NCBI GenBank assembly: GCA_045629745.1
Contig: JAZQRU010000013.1
Coordinates: forward strand, 12,023-76,022
Direction of reading: 5' to 3'
Origin: Eubacteriales bacterium
GTDB lineage: Bacteria > Bacillota > Clostridia > Oscillospirales > CAG-272
DNA: 64,000 bases
A program made the translations under genes and the position numbers. The notes beneath the pieces were generated by a model. It made no database searches and was not told the origin of the DNA. It saw only the letters and a list, made by a program, of their open reading frames with translations. Every line of letters starts with the position of its first letter. Position 1 is the first letter of the stretch. This document shows positions 1-6,711 of this stretch, in pieces.

Positions 1-552
1 TGTGTTTAAAATGCGATTTTGAGGCTAAAATGCGGAAAAACGCTTTTTATATTAAAGCTTGGTGTTGGCTGCATTCTCAAAAAATATATTTTGGATCTTT
101 TTGACGAATTTCTTGAAGCTTTAAGTTGTATTTGTGCAGATTTTGCTTTGTTTTTTAATTTTTATTTCATTGGCAAGGCGGCTATTTCAGCTCCGTGTTT
201 TTTTTATTGGAAAATCTAAGTTTTTCAAGAGGTTTGGCGTTTTCTCAAAAAATCAACTTGTTTTTGAGTTAATTTTTGAGGCTTTGCGCGTTTTTTGCTG
301 ATTTTTTATTGGTTTTTGTGAGTGTTTTGGGTAAAATACGTGAATTTTTATAAAATTAGCATTTTGTGATTTTTTTGCGATAACTTTTGGCTGCGATTTA
401 CGTTTGTGGTTTTTTAATCGTGGCTTTCATTGCGTTTTTTGTTTCACGTGATTTTGAAGTATGTTTTATTTATCTTGTTTGCACGCTTTTTAATCGGAGT
501 TAAATGGAAAAATATGGTAAATGTAGCAAGCGCGTTTTTTGGAATATTTCGT

Positions 553-581
553 TTGACATTTGCTTTGATATGTGGTAAAAT
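553..581 (+). promoter_or_regulatory. sigma-A-type promoter of the histidine phosphatase gene
   Basis: TTGACA (553-558), 17-nt spacer, TGg-TAAAAT extended -10 (573-581). A GGAG RBS at 600-603 lies 6 nt before ATG 610. Confidence 0.6.
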
Positions 582-609
582 TGTTAAGAAATATAAAACG
601 GAGCACGAA

Positions 610-1236
610 ATGACCACGATTTATTTAATACGACACGGAGAAAGTATAGGTAACGCGTTGCGCGTTTACCTTGGACATACTGACCTTGATTTGTCTGCTC
701 GCGGATATTCTCAAGCGCAAGAGACCGCCAAAAAACTTTCCTCAGTTCCTTTTTCGGCTGTTTATTCAAGTGATTTGATAAGAGCTGTGCACACGGCGGA
801 GCCGCATGCGAAAATGCGCGGACTTGAGGTTTCGCCTTGCGCCAAGCTTCGCGAGGTGCACGTTGGTGACTGGGAAGGAGCTAGGGTTGAGGATCTTTTG
901 CTTGATGAGAGATTTATAAAAGGTTGGCGCGAAAATTTTGGATGCTTTACTTTACCTGGCGGAGAAAACGTTGGAGATGCGGCGGACAGGGTGTATGAAG
1001 CTATCTGTGAAATTGCAGAAAAGCACGACGGAGAAACTGTGGCTGCGGTTTTTCACGCAGCGGCAATAAGAGCTTTTTGGTGTAAAATGTTGAGCATTCC
1101 GAAAAATGAGTGGGCAGCCGCCGTGCCTTTTCCGACAAACGCATCGTATTCCGTAATTGAATACCAAAACGGGAGATTTTTAGGCAAGGAATATTCGCGC
1201 GACGAACATCTTTCGGGAGTGTGCTCCCAACCATAA
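610..1236 (+). CDS. histidine phosphatase family protein (phosphoglycerate mutase-like)
   Basis: N-terminal IYLIRHGES...GHTDLDLSARG (RHG catalytic motif) from the internal ATG 610 with a GGAG RBS. The longer ORF from 430 is hydrophobic read-through of T-rich DNA. Confidence 0.8.
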   Translation: MTTIYLIRHGESIGNALRVYLGHTDLDLSARGYSQAQETAKKLSSVPFSAVYSSDLIRAVHTAEPHAKMRGLEVSPCAKLREVHVGDWEGARVEDLLLDERFIKGWRENFGCFTLPGGENVGDAADRVYEAICEIAEKHDGETVAAVFHAAAIRAFWCKMLSIPKNEWAAAVPFPTNASYSVIEYQNGRFLGKEYSRDEHLSGVCSQP

Positions 1237-1314
1237 TGAGAAAGAATAATGGGCGGGTATAACGAGCACGCATACAAGGCAAGTGCAACGAGCAACTATA
1301 CCGAGCAAACAAGT

Positions 1315-1346
1315 GAGGGCGTGTTAAAAAACGCCCTCTTTTTTTG
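1315..1346 (+). terminator. rho-independent terminator after the phosphatase gene
   Basis: Stem GAGGGCG/CGCCCTC (1315-1321 / 1332-1338) followed by a T8 run. Confidence 0.75.
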
Positions 1347-1350
1347 CTAT

Positions 1351-1380
1351 AAAATGTAAATAAATGTTGTCAAAAACGCA
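1351..1380 (+). repeat. 30-nt intergenic element, copy A (partner at 62748-62777)
   Basis: AAAATGTAAATAAatgTTGTCAAAAACGCA versus AAAATGTAAATAAtatTTGTCAAAAACGCA, 27/30 identical, same orientation, both in non-coding DNA. Confidence 0.7.
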
Positions 1381-1974
1381 CTTGAAATACATTGTGGAAG
1401 TTCTTTGTGTATTCCTGAAGAGAAAACGATGAGATTTTTCGTATTTTTTACACGGGGTGTGCCTTGTGCTGCCTTAACGTTGCCAAAACCGTGCTAAAGA
1501 TACATGTTGTTTTGACACGGTAGCTTGTTAAAGGAAGAAAGGCTGCTTTTTTTGTTGAGGCTTGGCGCTGTTTGTTGGGCTTGTGCTCTTTGCGCTGTGC
1601 GCCTTGTTTTTGGTTTTTTTGTGGTTTGAAAGCTTTTTTGAGTACGTTTGTGACGATTATGAAAAAGCAAAACGGAACAGAAAGATTCAAAAATTGTGCG
1701 CTTGTGGGGTGAAAACAAACCGGGGCGTAGGCTCGAGAACGGTGGGGCAAAAAGAGACGACGGAGAAAGAGATGGGAAGGCGGAGCAGACGGTAACAGCG
1801 GGATTGGCGGAGGGGAGCAGGTGTGAGTGTAACGGCAAAGGTGATAGCGGAGGATTTTGCGTGTAAAAATAGATTTGTGCAAAATACGGAGTAAAATTTA
1901 TTGTTTTCGTGCGTTTTGGCAAATATTTGGCGAAATTGCACAACAGTCTATAAATAAAAATGGTAAAATGCCTA

Positions 1975-2003
1975 TAGACTTTTAACGTTTTTCGTGATAT
2001 AAT
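1975..2003 (+). promoter_or_regulatory. candidate promoter of the first giant gene
   Basis: TAGACT (-35-like, 1975-1980), 17-nt spacer, TGa-TATAAT extended -10 (1995-2003). It lies about 58 nt upstream of ATG 2061. Confidence 0.5.
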
Positions 2004-2060
2004 ATTAGTACAAAAATATTTTTTGCCATTTTGCGTGAATTTCACGAAAGGAAGCCGATT

Positions 2061-5000
2061 ATGAAGAGATCCAGCAAAATTCTAATAGTCATACTCGCGA
2101 CGACGCTTCTCGTTGCTGCTCTGGCGCTTGCGGTGTTTGCAAGCGACGACGGGTCAGACGGTAAGTTCGTCGTTGCCGGAGTTGGCTATGAAACGTGGGA
2201 TGAGGCTGTTGCAGCGTCTGCAAATGCAGAAGATCCCAGCAAGCCTTACACTATTTATCTTAACGAGGACTGGACGCTTGATACGGGCTTAACCCTTTCA
2301 AGCGCAACCACAAACGTAAAAATAAACCTTAACGGAAAAACCGTTACCGTTAAAGACGGAACCCCGTGGTTTACCGTAACAAGGAGCGCGAAGCTTACGG
2401 TTGAAGGCGAAGGTACACTTAATAACAGTGGTCAAACGTTTATCCGAGCTCAAAATACAGGTACCAACGTTACGGTTAATGCAACGGGCAAGGGTATCAC
2501 CATCAATAATAGCTCGACGAAGGCCAACGTTTACACTTTCTTCTTCACAACCGGCTCAACGCTTAACGTTTCGGGTAAGATGGTTGTAAATACTACCGTT
2601 GTGCAGGACTCCGGAAGTTCGAGAACTATTTTTTATGTTTACGATAAAAACAAAAATTCCGTAAAGCTTAATATCAACGATGCGTATATTCTCTACGCGA
2701 CTCCGGAGGTTACAGGAGCTCCTCAGGGAAGAGTTATATATTCTGGATATTCCAATATAAAAATCAACAACTCGAGGCTTGAGGGTATCTATTCAAATAT
2801 TATATATTCCGTCACCAAAGACTCTACCGCCGACGGTGATGGTAGGGTAGAAATCGGCGCAACAACCGTAAACACTGCAGAGCATATCACTGCCACAAAC
2901 TCTGTGTTTATATCAACAAAAGATACGAACTACGACACAAGCTTCGCGGGATGCCTTATGGAATTGACCGGCGCTACGAAGGGCGATTTTACGAACTGTG
3001 AATTTTACGGATTTTACCAAGCTATCAAGGCTACGTTATATGGCAAAACAGCGACTCACGCACATACCTCACAGCTCACGTTTAATAATTGCCATTTTAG
3101 AGAAGCTGGGAAAAACCTAATGAATGTCCTTTTCGCATTCGGACCTAACTTCAAGCTTATAGGCGGCTCCGTGGCAATTAGAGGATCCGTTTTTGCAGTC
3201 GGCCATGCAAGTTACAAAGAGCTTGATAACGGCGAATGGTTTGGCGGTTACGTTGATAACGTTCTCAGCGAAAATCACGATTTGGCGGTTGATAAAGACT
3301 CCGCACCCACCCCGGGCGATTGGGTTAATACTACTATTTATAAGCCTGGTTCTAGTATTACGGGAGCGTTAAATCCATCTGTTACTCTCACGGTTGGCGG
3401 CGAGGAGAAAACGTTTACTACGGGTTATTTCTCCGACGAGTCGATTTACGAATCATACAAATCCGGACCTTCTGCTGAGCCTTCTGGCGGCATTGTTGTT
3501 GACGGAGTTGGGTACGCAACCGATGCGGAAGCTATGGCGGCTATCCAAGACGGCTCGGTGGTTGAATTCAACCGCGATATGAAAGATATCTTTGACGTTG
3601 ACGCGATAATCGCAAGACTTGGCGTTGAAAACGTAAGCTTCAAGATTCTTCCCGGCGAGTTTAGCTTCCCCGGTGTTGTTTCAAAAACTCACAAGCTTGT
3701 TGACTATACCGGTGCATTTGGCGGCTACCTTGTAACTCCTGCGGGCTTCGGTGAAGTTTACAAAGTTTATTATTACGACGAAAGGTTCGGTCTTTCCGGT
3801 ACGGTTGACTCCGTTGCTGAAGGAACTCTTTACTACGTCGGAGATCTCACCAAAGAGGGAGAAGAGGCGGCTTACAACGGAAAGCTCTGGTCTATAAACT
3901 CATGGGTGGATAAGAGTGGTAGTGCAACTGCAAACGGCTTCTACTCAAACAGTGAATTTTTAATAAACGTTTCACCCGACTATAAGACAGAAACTTACTG
4001 TTACGAAATTACTGTAAACGATACGAGTAAATATATAAAGGACAGCGCGCTTGGCGGTGGCATATCGGAAGCTCTTGCGGCGGGCGACGTTAAAATCGTT
4101 CTCTGGCAAGACGTTGTAGCGAGCGCCGTATCCATCAAGGGAAATCTTGAAATAGACCTTAACGGATGCAGCCTTACTGCCGTTATCGGAGAAGAACACA
4201 ACCTCTTTAACCTTCTTCCCGGAACAAAGCTCAACATTTATTCTTCGCGCGAGGGCGCGGCAATTGAAGCTTCTGATGCTAAGGTGCTCTTCAACGCAGA
4301 GTACGACAGACGCAGTTCGGGGGACGTTGAAATCAGCCTTTCTGACGTTGACGTGAAAGCTCATGGCCTTGTAAACTACTGCGACACTTACGTTCACGAT
4401 CCTGCGACGGGCGAAGACGTTTACGAATATTCGAAGAAGCTTGTATTAAACGCGTCAAACGTTGCTCTTTCGAGCAGAGCTTCTTCTGGCGCCTTGATAA
4501 CGACAACTCTTCCTCTTATAGTAAACGCGCAAGGCTTTGACTATGAAGGACTTACAACTCTTATCAACTCTTTCCCCGATGAGCGCGCAACGCTTGCTGC
4601 AAGCTTCAAGGATTCGAGCTTCAAAGCTCCCGTATCTCTTGTTAACGCGCCTGGCAAAAACAGAAGCGTATACTTCGAGCAGTGCTATATTGGCGCACCG
4701 CTTGCCGCTTCTTATGAAACCGTTGAAGACGAAGTGGTGTACGGCGGAGAGCTTATCTCAATCGGTAAGGACTGTAGCTTCACCGAAGACGTTGAGACTG
4801 TTTCTAAGTCGGGACTCGTCTTTGAGGCGGGCTGTATCGCGGTTCCCGCAAATGCGAGTGACGTAAAAACTTACGTCAACGTACCAGAAGTTATGGCTAT
4901 CGTATCCTGGATAGGAGCAGACGGAAACCCAATTGCTGAACCGAACTACAACGCGCCTTTTGGAAAGCCTGCGGAGCAGTTCACTTGGGAAGAAGCAAAT

Positions 5001-6425
5001 GAGAAGGTTGGACTTTACGAAGAAAACACTTGGTATTTCGTATCGTTTGACAATTGGGATATCTCAGACGACTATGAGCTTACCTCAGGCTCGGTTAACG
5101 TATATCCTAAATGGAAAGCTCCCGAGGCTTCCATAAAGTGCCTCAAGCTTGACCTTGTGGCTTACACCTACTTTAAACTTAATCTTTACCTTCCCGAAGA
5201 CGCGCCTGAGGGCGTTGAGCTTTACGGAATTTACCGCGAAGTAGACGACGGCCTTGACCACAGCAGAGACCCTCGCTACAAGCTTATAGACGGCAAGTGG
5301 TACGAGCTTCTTGAAACGGGCGAAACGGTAATCGGCGGAGAGAAATACAACTCTTACAGCGCATATCCCGGTGCGGCAGACGCAAGCGAGCCTGAATATA
5401 AGATTGCATTCGATCTTAACGGCGAGCTTCTTGTTGATACTGTTTATTGCGGAGTTCCCACCTATGCGGAAACGGCAATGAATGATATTATGAAGGACGT
5501 CGAGGAATTTGACGATCTTTCCGAAAATGACAAGATTCTTGCGAAGCTTGTTATGAATATGGTAAGATACGCAAACGAGAGCTATAAGCTTGCAAAGGGA
5601 ACCTCAGTCGGAGCATCCAAATATGAGGCGTTGCTTGCAACCTACTCTTCCTTACTCGTAGACCTTGATTCTATAGAGTTTACCGAAAAAGAGCTTGACG
5701 TTGACACGTCGGAGCTTGGCGCGTATATGGAAGGCGTATCGTTTGTCTTCGGCGCATATCAGCCGAGATTCGTATTCAAATACAAAACGGAGGTGCTTAA
5801 CTCACTTGTTAAGCCCGAAACCACCGACGGAAAAATTTACAGCTGGCCTGAGGGCAACCGCGGACTGTTTGCCGTGATTTATCACGAAAACTACGACGGT
5901 ACGAAGAGCCTTAGCTACATTGCTTCTCACCTTGCTTATAACGGCAAAGATTACGTTGCTCCCGACGTTGTTACAGGAGCTTGGGGACCGATGAGCGAGG
6001 CTTATGCGGCTACGGTTGATATGAACGTATACAATGCAACGGGTGTTATCAACGTAGAGCTTTATTCTCCCGAAGGAAAAGTTGTTCGCGGCTCTTACAG
6101 TCTTGCGGCTTATATTGACTATATCACCAAGACCGTAAATGAAGCTAAGGCAAAGGCTATAGAAGCTGACGCTATTGCGCTTGACGCGGCAATGAGAGCG
6201 GAATTAGCTCGCGCGGAAGCAGCGAAGCCCGAAAACGCGCCGCTTAAGGATAAATACGAAGCCCTTGCGGCAGAAAACGAAGCTATCGCAATAGAAAACG
6301 AAGCTATCAAGCTTAAAAACGAAGATATCGCTCGCGAGTATTCTTCGTTCCTTGAAGCATCACTTTCACTCTACGCGTTCTCTCTTGCTTCTCAGGAGTA
6401 CGGCAGAGTCCTCGTAGGTGAATAA
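2061..6425 (+). CDS. giant secreted/cell-surface protein (1454 aa), modular and beta-helix-like, family not recognised
   Basis: The ORF is uninterrupted. ATG 2061 follows the RBS GAAAGGAAG. The N-terminus MKRSSKILIVILATTLLVAALALAVFA|SDDG looks like a signal peptide. There are repeated short-strand motifs (INLNGKTVTV, LTVEGEGTL, VTVNATGKGITI, TLNVSGKMVV) and a C-terminal Ala/Glu-rich heptad segment. No LPXTG, SLH or choline-binding motif was seen. Confidence 0.85.
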   Translation: MKRSSKILIVILATTLLVAALALAVFASDDGSDGKFVVAGVGYETWDEAVAASANAEDPSKPYTIYLNEDWTLDTGLTLSSATTNVKINLNGKTVTVKDGTPWFTVTRSAKLTVEGEGTLNNSGQTFIRAQNTGTNVTVNATGKGITINNSSTKANVYTFFFTTGSTLNVSGKMVVNTTVVQDSGSSRTIFYVYDKNKNSVKLNINDAYILYATPEVTGAPQGRVIYSGYSNIKINNSRLEGIYSNIIYSVTKDSTADGDGRVEIGATTVNTAEHITATNSVFISTKDTNYDTSFAGCLMELTGATKGDFTNCEFYGFYQAIKATLYGKTATHAHTSQLTFNNCHFREAGKNLMNVLFAFGPNFKLIGGSVAIRGSVFAVGHASYKELDNGEWFGGYVDNVLSENHDLAVDKDSAPTPGDWVNTTIYKPGSSITGALNPSVTLTVGGEEKTFTTGYFSDESIYESYKSGPSAEPSGGIVVDGVGYATDAEAMAAIQDGSVVEFNRDMKDIFDVDAIIARLGVENVSFKILPGEFSFPGVVSKTHKLVDYTGAFGGYLVTPAGFGEVYKVYYYDERFGLSGTVDSVAEGTLYYVGDLTKEGEEAAYNGKLWSINSWVDKSGSATANGFYSNSEFLINVSPDYKTETYCYEITVNDTSKYIKDSALGGGISEALAAGDVKIVLWQDVVASAVSIKGNLEIDLNGCSLTAVIGEEHNLFNLLPGTKLNIYSSREGAAIEASDAKVLFNAEYDRRSSGDVEISLSDVDVKAHGLVNYCDTYVHDPATGEDVYEYSKKLVLNASNVALSSRASSGALITTTLPLIVNAQGFDYEGLTTLINSFPDERATLAASFKDSSFKAPVSLVNAPGKNRSVYFEQCYIGAPLAASYETVEDEVVYGGELISIGKDCSFTEDVETVSKSGLVFEAGCIAVPANASDVKTYVNVPEVMAIVSWIGADGNPIAEPNYNAPFGKPAEQFTWEEANEKVGLYEENTWYFVSFDNWDISDDYELTSGSVNVYPKWKAPEASIKCLKLDLVAYTYFKLNLYLPEDAPEGVELYGIYREVDDGLDHSRDPRYKLIDGKWYELLETGETVIGGEKYNSYSAYPGAADASEPEYKIAFDLNGELLVDTVYCGVPTYAETAMNDIMKDVEEFDDLSENDKILAKLVMNMVRYANESYKLAKGTSVGASKYEALLATYSSLLVDLDSIEFTEKELDVDTSELGAYMEGVSFVFGAYQPRFVFKYKTEVLNSLVKPETTDGKIYSWPEGNRGLFAVIYHENYDGTKSLSYIASHLAYNGKDYVAPDVVTGAWGPMSEAYAATVDMNVYNATGVINVELYSPEGKVVRGSYSLAAYIDYITKTVNEAKAKAIEADAIALDAAMRAELARAEAAKPENAPLKDKYEALAAENEAIAIENEAIKLKNEDIAREYSSFLEASLSLYAFSLASQEYGRVLVGE
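2249..3515 (+). repeat. ~1.27-kb near-identical direct repeat, copy 1 (partner 6891-8155)
   Basis: Long runs are identical nucleotide for nucleotide with 6891-8155 (for example TATTTATCTTAACGAGGACTGGACGCTTGATACGGGCTTAACCCTTTCA...). Only scattered substitutions and small indels differ, and synonymous sites are also conserved. Confidence 0.85.
6273..6335 (+). repeat. three tandem 21-nt (heptad) repeats inside the C-terminal coiled-coil-like segment
   Basis: GAAAACGAAGCTATCGCAATA / GAAAACGAAGCTATCAAGCTT / AAAAACGAAGATATCGCTCGC encode ENEAIAI-ENEAIKL-KNEDIAR. Confidence 0.8.
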
Positions 6426-6446
6426 ACTAACCAACGACTATTGCAA

Positions 6447-6483
6447 CCGCAAGCGGTGGGGAAAAGCTCCTCGCCGCTTGCGG
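6447..6483 (+). other. perfect 10-bp-stem hairpin after giant gene 1 (no U-tract)
   Basis: CCGCAAGCGG-N17-CCGCTTGCGG starts 22 nt after the stop codon. It is followed by CAAAGAC rather than a T run, so it may be a weak terminator or an RNA-stability element. Confidence 0.45.
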
Positions 6484-6504
6484 CAAAGACTAAAAAACAA
6501 ATGG

Positions 6505-6600
6505 CTTTAAATATAATTTAAAGGCTCCGAATATAATTAAAAGAAATTAAAAGAAAGCTTTAGTATAACTTTAAAGCTTGGGATTCAGTCTTAAAGACTG
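6505..6600. promoter_or_regulatory. cluster of AT-rich inverted repeats upstream of giant gene 2
   Basis: CTTTAaatataattTAAAG (6505-6523) and CTTTAgtataactTAAAG (6558-6576) are both CTTTA-N9-TAAAG, with starts 53 bp apart. CAGTCTTAAAGACTG lies at 6586-6600. Confidence 0.45.
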
Positions 6601-6711
6601 TAAATTAACTCTAAGTCTAATCTCAAAAAATCGTTATTCCCTTATTCAAATATCAAATTAGATTTCATTTTTTAAATTTAAATATATAATTTTTGAAAGG
6701 AACTCGAGAAA

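Noticed and set aside
1562-1795. 77-aa ORF with an apparent N-terminal TM helix and basic tail (MALFVGLVLFALCALFLVFLWF...)
   Set aside because: The hydrophobic 'helix' is what a G+T-only tract translates to, and the basic tail is what the G+A tract translates to. The only possible start is TTG, with the nearest RBS-like sequence about 25 nt away.
1690-1870. c-di-GMP (GEMM-I/II) or other riboswitch controlling the giant adhesin-like genes
   Set aside because: The tract is almost devoid of C and U, so it cannot form the conserved helices. I could not find the ACGCAAAGC/GGCAAACC-type cores.
1448-2045. Overlapping minus-strand ORFs (144, 183, 84 aa) in the non-coding region
   Set aside because: They are low-complexity Pro/Ser/Leu-rich translations of the pyrimidine-rich complement. 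They overlap each other in different frames and have no RBS or start context.
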